NCBI GenBank assembly: GCA_001687465.1
Contig: LVLI01000222.1
Location: 1-45,664, forward strand
Origin: Halocafeteria seosinensis
Lineage: Eukaryota
Reading direction: 5' to 3'
DNA: 45,664 bases
Below the pieces are notes generated by a model that saw only the letters and a program-made list of their open reading frames with translations, did no database searches and was not told the DNA's origin. Positions 14,601 to 23,046 of the stretch are shown here, piece by piece (positions within the stretch are counted from its first letter, which is position 1; the number at the start of each line of letters is the position of its first letter). The translations under genes were made by a program, and so were the position numbers.

Positions 14601-15255
14601 CCTCCTGTCGAGTCAATTTTCTCACAGAGTAAGTGCCGTATCGCCCGAAGATGCGTGCTGGTACTTGCTCCATAAGGACAGGAACTGCGTTCTCGGTTAT
14701 TCTTATGATCAGGAGGACCAACTATTCACAGCTAACGTATCTGACCCGTATCGGTATATGGTTTCTCCTGTACCTGTGGAAGTGACATACCCCACACCCT
14801 TACAACTGACAGCATTTTGTAATTCATCTCTGGAGCTGCTTGCATTCATCCTCAAGCAGCAACTGTGTTTGGAGGATTCTGTTGCTGTGAAGTGCTATAA
14901 CACCCGCGCAGCGCTGCTGGACGATTTCTCCAGGGGAAACGTTGAAATTTTCGCTGATATGGAGGATGATGAAGACAACGAAGGAAGAAACAGCTCTCCA
15001 ACTGTTAGCAAAGCCTTTGTGCGTGCCGAGCTTCAAAGTTTGGAAAGCGATGTTGAATCGGCAGAGGTTGCTAATATCCCTTGGCCTGACCCCCGTTGGG
15101 ATGAACGAATGCCAATCCCAGTTAAGATTTGGACCTTTTTCAATTCCAGTCCCCAGAATATTGACAACCTCCAGGAGGTAGCACGCATGAATGGTTTTGA
15201 AGAACAGGTCAAGTTTTATGAGTCATTGCCGCCGCTTCATACACCAACGCAGTAA
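5659..15255 (+). CDS. Giant (3198 aa) helical-repeat-like protein with C-terminal ankyrin repeats
   Basis: Uninterrupted 9.6-kb ORF. Ankyrin motifs DDAGKTPAMVSFIYGH, GASPTLQDARGNHCLHWLA, NFLGETPLHCALAQGNVSMARRLLDLGAHPNVVDDHGNLPLHYAA (~12750-13470). The N-terminal two-thirds is Leu-rich and plausibly ARM/HEAT-like (inference), with Lys-rich loops. Confidence 0.85.
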   Translation: MESKEDAESTSAHADTQTANEQQDKDALGTDQRGKTEEGNKEDDTPPSMTKLSEEEFLKSLTEDVRSQAEKQASKNIKMSEKEKKQKYRSLASQFKAREPLELAKAALEVDADDDFFRNGGGAGQYLKLLLHKDDDVVQAALTGLLRQLAHSEEEKQTIAFNDGLEGTSLALQICNVVDAVAILRAAEEGTKWNGTEIFVRHFFSPRPFIAILALRCYRIILNSVVTGLPVYSSIRWKWLSVLLTAGDPITKLLQVVAAGVASEKSAAWNAWASQTWQHASKNEPLSPMSFPAKELKQMECPCVVPMSPEAVMEATKCIYLSVTEVFSPLRRPREASLPVDHSNCTIEELIPPSMVPQDLNNSDMETAVINALNAESGSNDDVAPFTKASEETASQLTTDQIRRHQLRADRSEYLGSSKNVYGTTYVGPGVDDRRIPSSIFTDLVPWHPLRMAMRKTLSQNIRVNLNTGSLQRNGIIANTKYYGGTASSVAQAFSTWCFRGMDLLTMLSRYRILPPLHGIAALSTSKDYSWCLNESTEAYTESRGAHPLLPVANSKSSNALKELSSTKTASFLENVAVIEHRRCVNIETVTQCLGWRILDCLSLHEDNRPPLYDAGVWCMVSSSIERVKEHLLRVCVELQRVYIAEQLQEVDNTAERESEHDGGIQSPVQGLVPEDSERSLLNNAIEVLTRQKLGSVDLEVELSSIMQSVPKKPRFSRAWKLIEVLISGIVSMLETSYHLCQFCSPSSLLSVIQSTQPAERSPVEAIESAVWDDSVKTETPEEERTSSAGSGKKGKSRNSSSKKNKRRESVSGLGEETASVAVAAASNHSKYWDFLLSRPPCEAQDLENSFIKLVCSIVGVPFHYLFDDLISVSLGTLRGIFLPLEDEASAESRRVVAAGECKVLSGLLRLLRNPQVGNTLRDQAECTFYSLILDKERTGTSEQHPTVPPYRFPRELWKQSKTRTHVDVYNKLLQFFPQDCTEEGGQSFGETLGDCILYEDLKRYTQSKDYNTCTCLLNHVADTYQWCQTENSDTWLSLRELISVLCLWQEEPVYEFFGGGFERYRKTGLLSESMVDGEEQRQLGAKMCSLLKEVSGELGSEQGWDDQAEEDPLMQWSMLLPGSENLLASLSLAGTAEEFGSENVDSKEIYLNNVGSLVSLLNGVACCQKSGAVYNPLAVWGCFIMGSGLTDSSDLISSFQEAPEENHDLFLSVDSEEISLYSYHCWHTLYAELSDCHNYVTTSNYVSERVVTPAMSLTTTTMEKGKKGKEPKSQGKKGKSEKSLSILEELSGLSRMFQKEHFNEGSKYDSLHRITRLIDRISAPVEKSPQTNVPPEFLTGSHVSGLVGRYGIAGLLCQAPIKYAKHCMKHDNKEETQLERLTVYSLRTLRKVLLTSPIEPAVLGSLGASVVDCLVVLAAPPGGIDRGSGENAPDLLWSPACPKNIRPVEISLEDLIVGGFSSRNGDEGSALCTDIRTQAMETLACICHAENLWRYQLPQQITVFGDHGTVGWETLWSELPVSNGEDTTKADKKGSKKGEKNSKGDDTSFKREGFSWSPGHRAGMHVAKHLLYLLAVYSNTETLRTMGCEWSDTLLTTLSAMLQVRGCRAASLNWLTSALGRPWLNQVATICEEATNLALDLFPSVEQNDEGSLKWSSRLIKLAGGFSSLEQTETEEELLREALNKAQYWREGVRQLVENTCDTLLPSQLSDFVPSGVHPLQSFDYPSFDLDVSTTPLAPAELSMAVRGLVGASPAPTKKGDEKKKPHSSDEDSSVPEIPEQQLASYLGLNFRSWFGADSQHLSSTPQRDLWWVFGESADAFDTDMWKSSYEKIKGLINLDIESKRQGCLSPAVSSGGGSTKQNKGRKGCQSGIQEEAVPSEKDGCTKLFEDVVTDVCDSLLIFQFLLRILDATTSPSSLERYIHQEYSQLKQDKNDEVSAFIADVGKRGSDIDQFWRECFAEHPSLPDLVPDSIFSMFAEGSSGKTGSKEKKKASPRSKDKDTKGDTSSKTESEKTFLFAKAPSWRSFSPLAFPKIVSSPLNKSFMHEALRCVAVPGEHELRKESWSQDHLRLPRSCCQEREHPSEGHRPPLEEFLLKRDIPVISFARLLEASRCSIYGDLIRTLFYAPLTEISSSQLVPLSATPSRSEDNDMRLYTYPLRQKFKCAASIVRGCTTDNEERLSQQSMLTNMFCAEALRSGSLQNILSWLDDFVKASQESDNGTSLMPCELEELYRILNYVIRRPLFISEDTVMKQSWIAHWSLLLRGKHPCHRYIHTSFGESTTNLEIPCLPLLHLVSSLCTNRPCEWILGDSFLHKGQLVYRQGVSTLEKQFQVGLSNECSSDTPDSSAPEINPFSLDLDCQDDAGKTPAMVSFIYGHTVRAFSFLCAGCNPNAQCESGDSLLKYALCSPSRSAVEELVSQMELAGRFLCSPFPTSSIFDVPRTFPLMNAFTEEDSVLQWDPDKADGTMEEIGTRLIEAGEQSLLSFAVLLAYGASPTLQDARGNHCLHWLAAHCSLLCNWKSVNVILSPRLDAECRKNMTEIVIEMWGKDSVDKVNFLGETPLHCALAQGNVSMARRLLDLGAHPNVVDDHGNLPLHYAALGRDQESPLGEQSAGILDVLTRLLNDGNNTAIQIGRNGETAQAASEKSLEGKIGDTMKRHSYPTSLHELKRECRELLWYDNDCGVAPMQILAGLGIAGHQFHRLGLRLDSQRTVSIPDIPYKIGAASVSEKCKMTSSVMSRCSSAWSTASGWSCCPIPIPINTGSLQQGCQSYSLSVFKHLGCSTIGDTVRNTYTITVAAESLRRQVALAYALSSYSLASGKLVHACISSWCDINHYTSNGESVQEVEETITESKNPYVTEKVLLHSTKRNDQRADEGGLAARIRPVYPHCDNEALSYHQRLLRKADHLLERVAEWTGSTDALEAISMWKRSKRLTLDIILQHSKNDLLAKFFSYVVDAPTTDGGFNRICLLPLSVGILLSSQFSHRVSAVSPEDACWYLLHKDRNCVLGYSYDQEDQLFTANVSDPYRYMVSPVPVEVTYPTPLQLTAFCNSSLELLAFILKQQLCLEDSVAVKCYNTRAALLDDFSRGNVEIFADMEDDEDNEGRNSSPTVSKAFVRAELQSLESDVESAEVANIPWPDPRWDERMPIPVKIWTFFNSSPQNIDNLQEVARMNGFEEQVKFYESLPPLHTPTQ

Positions 15256-15560
15256 CCGGTGGGCATCCTGACGTGACGTCGATTGATGCAGCAGAATTTA
15301 TACAATTTGTACAATGCATTGTACCGCTAATTTAAAGCTGGTTGTTAAATAGTAGTGCACATGCCAATGTTTTACTGGATTTTCCTAGGGGTAGTCGACA
15401 GTACAATTAGTAATTAGCGTATTGGCGGCGGCGTTTACACTTTGAAGTCCATTCCCATTGAACGGAACTTCAATCGAAGATACCTTTGTTGGATTGGTTG
15501 AGTTAGCGGCAAGGAAGCGCTTCCGTAGGGGAAGACATATACACATCCTGTCTGGGAAAA

Positions 15561-17407
15561 ATGCTGGCGTCGTGGTTGAAAGAATACGTCCCTCATCCCA
15601 CGCCGAGAACACTTCGATTCTCGGCGACGACTCTGGGAGCGTCCATGTTGTCTACGTTGTTCTACACTTACTACATCCCCCTTTTCCTGAAAACCTGGGG
15701 TCTGACATACGGCTGGTTCTATACCGGGCAAACGCTTTTCCTCCTGTGGAATGCTATCAATGACCCTCTATTCGGCTGGCTGCAAGACAATCCCAGCGCT
15801 CCCAAACAGGATAACATCAAGTCCTACAGCCGAGCCATCTATCTAGGAGGGCCTGTGTTTGCATTCGCCACTCTATTGCCGTGGTGGCCATGGGCCGAGC
15901 CGTTCACTAATCCCACACTCACGGGCATTCACTTTATCGTATCGTTGTTCATGTTTGATGGCTTATTTACGTATGTCGTACTGGCGCAGTGTGGACTCTT
16001 CGCCGATATAGAAGGTACGTAGACAATACTCCCACATGGAGCATTGCCTGAGGGTGATACCGAAACCGAAAGCGCTGCCTTCATTACAGAGTCTCAAGAA
16101 GGACGGTCAGATGTTGTGGCCACATCCCAGCTAGCCCAAATGATCGGCTCACTGACCACATTTGTCAGCTACCCGCTTTGGGAGAAGTCAAACGCTGGAG
16201 TGACTTCTACGGCCGCCTCCAATGTAGATCTAACCGGTTTCCGGCTTCTGGCAATAATAGTTTCGTTTGTCGCTGCTGCTTGTTTTTATTACACCGGAAG
16301 GACAGAAGGAACCCTCGAAAAGCAGCAACAAGACTTTAGGCAGAAACAACCAGCGAGTGACGGAGTTCCCTCTACGGAAACAGCAACTGCTGCAAAGACG
16401 AACGACTCTGGAGTTAAGCTTCGTACAAAGGCATCGGGAAGCTCTCCTGATTTTAGCTCTGCTACTAAAGAAGAGGACGAAAAGACTGATTCCCTCATGA
16501 CCATCTACAAACAGGTCATCAGTAACGCGAATTTTCTGAAGTTCATCACAGTAAACTTCCTACAGGTAGGCGCTAAAGAGTGTGATTTGATTCTGTACAA
16601 GTAGAAGCGCTCACTCTTGCTTTTGTTGATATATGACAGATATTTAACAACACTTTCAATGGTAACTTCTACGCTGAGTTCATGACCGCGCTATTTGGTA
16701 GTAAGGATGCGGAACCTCTTGAACTCAATTCTCAAATGAGAGGAATGATGGTACGTTGGTCGGTGGCAAATCGAGCACTCTACATGTCGTTTACGTTTGG
16801 GATGACTACGCAGCTCGGGGCTACTAACTTTTTGCCCCCACTGTTCACCATTTTCTTGACGCCAGTGGTAAAGCGGCTAGGCCACAGCTATGAATTGGTG
16901 AAAACCATGTTTTGGGTGAAGTTGTTTGGAACCGCCATCGTAGCGTCGATAGCCACTCCTAACACTGTTGCGGGGCTTTTTGTTATTGCGATTTTCATGG
17001 TGTTGCACAAGAGTATAGCAGCTACCACGTTCAGTTTTTTCAACATGAGTGTTAGTGATCTTATTGATGATGACATGAAACGGAACGATCGTAAGAGGCG
17101 ACTAGGGACAACGTTTTTCGGGCTAAATGCCTTGTTCACAACGCCGGCAGTTAGCGCCGCCCCAATGATCACCGTGGGTATCCTCTCTCAATATGGCTAC
17201 GTCGACAAGAGTGACCCTACGGGGGGAGGTGCGGCGGAAAATAGCGAATATAGCCACGATCTGAAAACAGTTATGTGGACCTTAATATGGGCTGTTCCCT
17301 TGATATGTGCTACCTTACAACTTCTTGTCTGGAGCAGTTATTCCCTTCGTGGTGAACAATACTCTAATGGCAAGACCAAAGACGAGGAAGTAGAACGTGG
17401 CCCTTAA
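15561..17407 (+). CDS. MFSD13A: MFS transporter, MFSD13A/TMEM180-like, ~544 aa, exons 15561-16014, 16090-16565, 16640-16750, 16814-17407
   Basis: Family-like motifs GQTLFLLWNAINDPLFGWLQD, NFLQIFNNTFNGNF and SDLIDDD...FFGLNALFT, with many TM helices. Introns 16015-16089 (75 nt), 16566-16639 (74 nt) and 16751-16813 (63 nt, in-frame and stop-free). Confidence 0.85.
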
Positions 17408-20400
17408 ATCCTAGGTCCGCTGAAAGCTGGATCTGGTGCTCTCAGAGATTCGTCTTGAAACCGCACACTGCTCCTGCTTGGAACCGGTCCAGTCTTTCTG
17501 GATAAAGCAGTGGTGCCGGCCGCACGATCCTCGGTAAGCTGAGCATCGGCAATTAGCATTGATTGCTCCTTATCGGCGGAGATTCTGCTAGAGAAGAAAA
17601 AGCAGTTCTGAAATATAGCATCGGACCTTAACAAGTCGAAAGATTGAAGCGCTCTCTCTGTTGTTTTGTTAGATGCAATGGTACGAACGCGCTGCATTTC
17701 AAGGATCTGCTCTCGCCGGTAGTGCCGCACAGCCTGTTTGAACGTCGCTAGTCTTTTGGTTTGGACGGCGATCCCCGCGTTTAAGATGCTCTCGCTACGC
17801 AGCTTGACATACAGCATTTTCCGACCGCATACACGATATTGCTCGGTGGCTTTCAGATCTTCGGCTGCATCAGATTGTCTACTAATTTCGCTTCTGCCTT
17901 GGGATGACTTACTGCTCACCCCGTATAATCTCCATCCAATCAACCAAACCGCATCGTTACTATCTATGCAGGTTGAAACAATACACAAGCACATCGGACT
18001 CCCATTTTCTCTGCTTATGGTTACAGTGCTGTATGACATAGCAGCTGCAATATCAGGCTCGTAAAGATGCGTGGTCGATACGCTGTCACATATGCTTTCC
18101 ACTACGTCCGTAGGTTTAAAAGAGTCACTGGATAGCAAATTACTAGCGGCTGACGCTAGTCTTGAGGAGCTCCGTTTTTTTGCTGAAAAACTCTGCTTCG
18201 TAGCAGTATAGAGTTGGAGTTCGAGTTCCTTGGATATGCATTTTTGCAGCCAAGCCGGAGGGACGGTATATCGGAAAATGTGAACCAACGGATAGAATTT
18301 AACCGGCGCTTGCGGTAATGGAAGAAGGCGAAACGATTTGCACTGCGCACAAGTTTGCTTAGGAAACAACCACTGATGTCTTGGACAAGAGGGAAGCTGA
18401 ATCTGCTTCGGTGGTACATATGGAGGAGTGACTTCTGGATCGCCGCAGAACCGAAGCACTAAGTTCCCCATCTTCAGTTCAATAGTCTTCGACTCTGTTT
18501 GGTCAATTGTTGCCAACGATCGTATAGGAGGCGGCTCAACCGGAAATATGTCGACTGTCAGGTTAGGCTTATTCGCCCTTCCCGAAGAGGATGATAGCCT
18601 TCGACCCTGTGTAGACGAAATGCTGTAGCTGGAGCTTCGTCGGTCCTCACTGACAATACTCTTCACGGTTGACTGACGTCTTTGTGGACTGTTTGTTTCG
18701 GCTTCCTCAAGTACTTCTGGGGGCTGAGGAATTATACCGGCGTTGAGTTGGGAAGAAAGGAGCACTCTTGTTTGAGTCTCCACAGGTTGCTCTCGTTGCG
18801 CAGGGAGAACTTCTTCTCCTGGCCATTCACCTATGCCCCCAGCCTTCCAAACAGGGGCTAAAAAATGATCGGCAGCAGATTTCGTTTGTAGCTCTGAAGC
18901 CCCGTGGTTTTTTACATGTAAGCCGGCAGCCTTCTTTGATGCAAAACATTCACCACAACCAGGATGAAGACACAGATACGGTCTCTTGGCAGTTTCTAAG
19001 TAGCCAAACTCGTAGCGTGTGCCATCTTGATCCAAGTAATTCTCCTGAGCAACCCCCGCGCCGCTAGGGGGATACGTTATCTTGGTATCGGTAAGAGAAG
19101 CAGTCTTTGATTTCTTCGGAGATTGACTCCGACCGACTTCCAACCTCTGTTTGGTAGTATCCAGGATGGTGGTTCCCGTAGCAGCACCTGGACGACTTTC
19201 TTGGTATATCTTTGGTAGCCATAAGTCCGTCTCTGCGTCCTTGTCACTTGCTCGCTTCTTTCTGGCTGCATCCAGCTGAGCGGAGCCGTCCGCTCGGAAG
19301 GACTGTTCCATGTTTCTTATGTAGTACTCTGGCCGTTTTATTCTTTCAGAAAATTCCGCTCTGCTCTTGTATCGCATACTTACGAACACCGATTCCACAA
19401 TAGATGCTCTTTCCGGATTCGGTTGCATTTCAGCTTCTAGTGCTGCTTTTTTGTCAGATGGCAGTGGCAGGTGCCTATTAAGTGTACCTGAGCGTATGTC
19501 CTGCACCAGCTTTTTCCAGTGCTGGTCAAGAAAAGAGTGGTGGTCGAACAGAAATTTGATTAAACGATTCTCGTCAGCCAGAATGTCATATCCCTCCATC
19601 GTGGGTCCCATTAGAGTCCTCAAAACGAATAAATACAGGACGCATGAGTCTGTAGTGAGCTTCAGCTTACTTTGGTGTACAACAGCCACTGGCCTACTGA
19701 GTGTAAACGACCTCTGTTTATCGGGTCCAGTCCAGTCAGGCTTTTCGAAGGGTTGTGACTTCTTCGCCCGACCGGCCCCAAGCACTCCTCCAGACGTGTC
19801 CGTCTGGCTCATTAACGCGGCTTCACGTAAACGCGCTTTGCGGCCAACTGCACTGATTTTATAGAATGTCTCTCTCTGTCGAGCTTCGGCTGTCTTCTCG
19901 CTATTGGGATCATGTCCAAAATGTTTTCCTTTGTTAATGTGTTCTGACGACAAGTATAACGCTTCCTGGATTGCTTCCTGATAAGGCTGGATGCCAAGCT
20001 CAGCCGCGTCATCAGTTTGAAAACTGATAGATCCGTCCTGATTCACAATCTTTTGTGTTCGTATCATCCTCCCGGAAGGATCTACAAGTTCCGACTCGCC
20101 GTTTTCGTGTTCGATCAATTTAGGACTAGTTTCGCTCCGACGCCCCTGCAGCATTTCTTCTTTCCTTTTTCGCAAAGAAATTCTCTGGGAGTGCTTCTGG
20201 AGCTGAGCCTTCTGCTTCAACTTCTGCTTAAATAGATACTCATGCTGCATGTCCTCTTCCTTCGATTTGTTCTCGATATCTCTGTAAGGCTGCTCTGAGT
20301 CGTAGTTGGACATACGTAGATACGCTTTCATGATTTTCGTTTGCTCCCTAGCAAGCGCCAAAGACTCGCATTTTTGCGTTGTGTTCAGAGCCTTCGGATT

Positions 20401-23046
20401 TGCCACCGATAGTTGAACTGTTCGTCCATTGGACAATTTGACCACGGTGGAGGTGTTTGCAAGCTTTATTCCTTTAGGTGCGTTTCTTCCCAGGCCCTCT
20501 GGAGCTCGAGGCATCTCGGGAGCTTCTGCAAAGACATATGAGGCAACACCCGAAGTCATACTGTCTTTATTTTCTGACGGTTCCGCTTGTCCTTCTTGTA
20601 TGATACGGTCGTGTGATCGCAATGCCGGCAAATGACGAGATATATGGAACCCACACCGACATATCACTGGTTCTCCTTGTATACTATGACTGACTCCTAT
20701 GAACTCCCTGCATCCACTTAAAGGACAAGGTCCCAGGTATAAGCATTCGGGACAAACAATTACTCGATGAAGAGGACATATTTTTCCATGACCTTGGGCA
20801 AATCTTAGATATCCAATCCATGAAACCTTATCGGACTCTGGGATCACGAAGAAATCGGCGAGCTTTTTGCTATTTTCCGGAGTAAGATTAATGCCGGAGT
20901 TCTTCAAAACTTTCCAAAACTTATGACGGGTTATCATCCCTAACTGATCCACGTCGACTTGAAGAAATTGTTCCTCGAGGAGGCTGATCATCTCAGCTGA
21001 CTTCTCTCTATCCTTTTGGTTATTCAATTTTCGTAAACCGGCATTGGACAAATCATATGGATCACGAGGAGGAACCGGTCGAGTTCCGCCGGCGCGAAAT
21101 TGATTGATTTCTTCCCCAAACATTTTTTCGTAAGATTCCTTCCGCAAAGGAAGCTGCTGCTCGTAGAATCGTCGGGGAAATTTCGGAGCCAACCACGCCC
21201 AGGCTGATTCAACCTGCATTCTCCGTAGCTTAGCTTCCTTTCGGGCCAAAAAACCCCGTATACGACTCTGAATAGCAATAACGCATTGAAGAATAAACAA
21301 GCGCTTTTCTTTCCCTTCCTGACGCCTCCAGCAATACCGTAGCCACTTCTGAATCCTTTGCGTTCTATCATCTTGCTCTACTTTGGCAACAAACGCTTCA
21401 CGCTTTTTCTTCTTCGCTACAGTTTTCTTTCCGAATGATTTAATCACCCACAACCTTTGAATTTTTCGAACTAGAGCATCCTTAAGAGCCCGCTCTTCTA
21501 GCATTTTCTTGTACCGAAATCTGGCTATATGACCCAGGAGTATTCTGTTAATGTTCCTCTTAGCATAATCTTTTCTCAAGGCTGTCATTTGAGCAGCTAT
21601 CCGAGACTTGACAACCCGGAAATTTTCCTTTTGCCACATCACCCGAATCCAACCTTGAATCCTCTTAGCGGTTTTCGCTTTTACTATGTCATCGTCGACC
21701 TTCCTTTGCCACTGATGGACTCGCCATATCCTTTGCACACTAAGAGCTGAGGCCTCGAATGCGACTTTCAGCTTTCTATATTGTCTTATAGCTCTATGAA
21801 CTCTGAAGGCGTTTTGTATTTTTCGAGCAGCGGTCTGCCTCACGCGAGTTTTTCGTTTTCTTTCTAGCCTTTCTCTGGTTCGCTTGGCCGCCAACATTCT
21901 GTAAAGAGACTGGATAGCTGCAGCTGCCTGGTGCAGCTTTCGAATTCTAGCTTTCTTACTGGTAAACAGCTTCTTGAATTGTTCAGACATGGTGTCAACA
22001 AAATCATGTTTTAGTACGTTGTTCTCTTCAAGAAAATCCAGGGAATCATCGGTACGTTTGCTCCGTTGAGGAGGCAGATCCTCCTTTTCTTCATCAGACG
22101 GATAATGATCGGGAACAAGAGGATGTTTTCTCATACCTTGCTTTACGAGGACCACCCCAGGAACCAGCAACGGGTTCTCGTACTTAGGAGGGGCTCCGTA
22201 GAATTGCTCTTTGTACGTTTCCAAGCATAAACCGTGCTTATTTGGGATCTCTATCTTAGGCTGAACTCCAGAGTGGTATCCGATGCATCGCTTAGTATGA
22301 AAGCCACAGGTTTGGAGGTACTCGTCTGTCTTCTCATCCTTTATCTTCTGCACACATTATTTTTTGGAAAATTAGTTTAAAAGGACTAACTTATCAATGA
22401 TTGCAAGGATGGTATTCACCTTGTTGTTACACCAGTAAATATTTTCTGCATTCCAACAATACAATTTGAAATCAGTTACTCGGGTCAGCATGGTTGCTAT
22501 CAATTACCTTCGTCGTCGGACCCTTTCCATGTACATATCATCGTCGTTCTTGGGACAGGTTGACTTTTCTGTACTTCCCCTCTCAGAGCAATCTCCAGTT
22601 TTTGCTCCTCACCTTCGAAGAGTTCCTTAATCGCTCGCTTCCTATTGGACAGCTCGTAGTTCCACTTGCCTTCTCGTGCATATTTTGCTTTCATGGCCAT
22701 GAGATCTGACGGCTGCAGTCTGTCTTCTTGGAGCATCTCCCTGACGAATATGTAACATTCCGTGTTATACACAAGCTTAAGCCGTATATACGTCAGAGAC
22801 AACGTACCACAAATGCTTGTCCTTATCATCTCGGAGCCCCTCCCTCGGGTCAAACTCTCTTGTTTCCACCGGTTCCTCCACCTCCGTCCATTCTCCATCC
22901 CACTCATCCTTCCACACATGCTCTTGTTCTCCTAAGGAAGCTTCGCTGACTGTGCTACTATCTGATTCATCGTAGACGTCATCGTCTATGTTGTCTACTT
23001 CATATTCCCAGTCTTCAACAAATCTCCGAGTGGTTATATTTGACAT
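17404..23046 (-). CDS. IQ-motif-rich protein with EF-hand-like pair, Cys/His clusters and a C2H2 zinc finger, ~1813 aa, exons 23046-22808, 22740-22508, 22445-22420, 22347-17404
   Basis: About 8 IQ-like motifs (e.g. AARKIQNAFRVHRAIR, VIAIQSRIRGFLARK), EF-like FLQVDVDQLGMITRHKF, C2H2 PYLCLHPGCGECFASKKAAGLHVKNH. Introns 22807-22741 (67 nt), 22507-22446 (62 nt) and 22419-22348 (72 nt) join the ORF pieces in frame through a 26-nt microexon. Confidence 0.85.
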
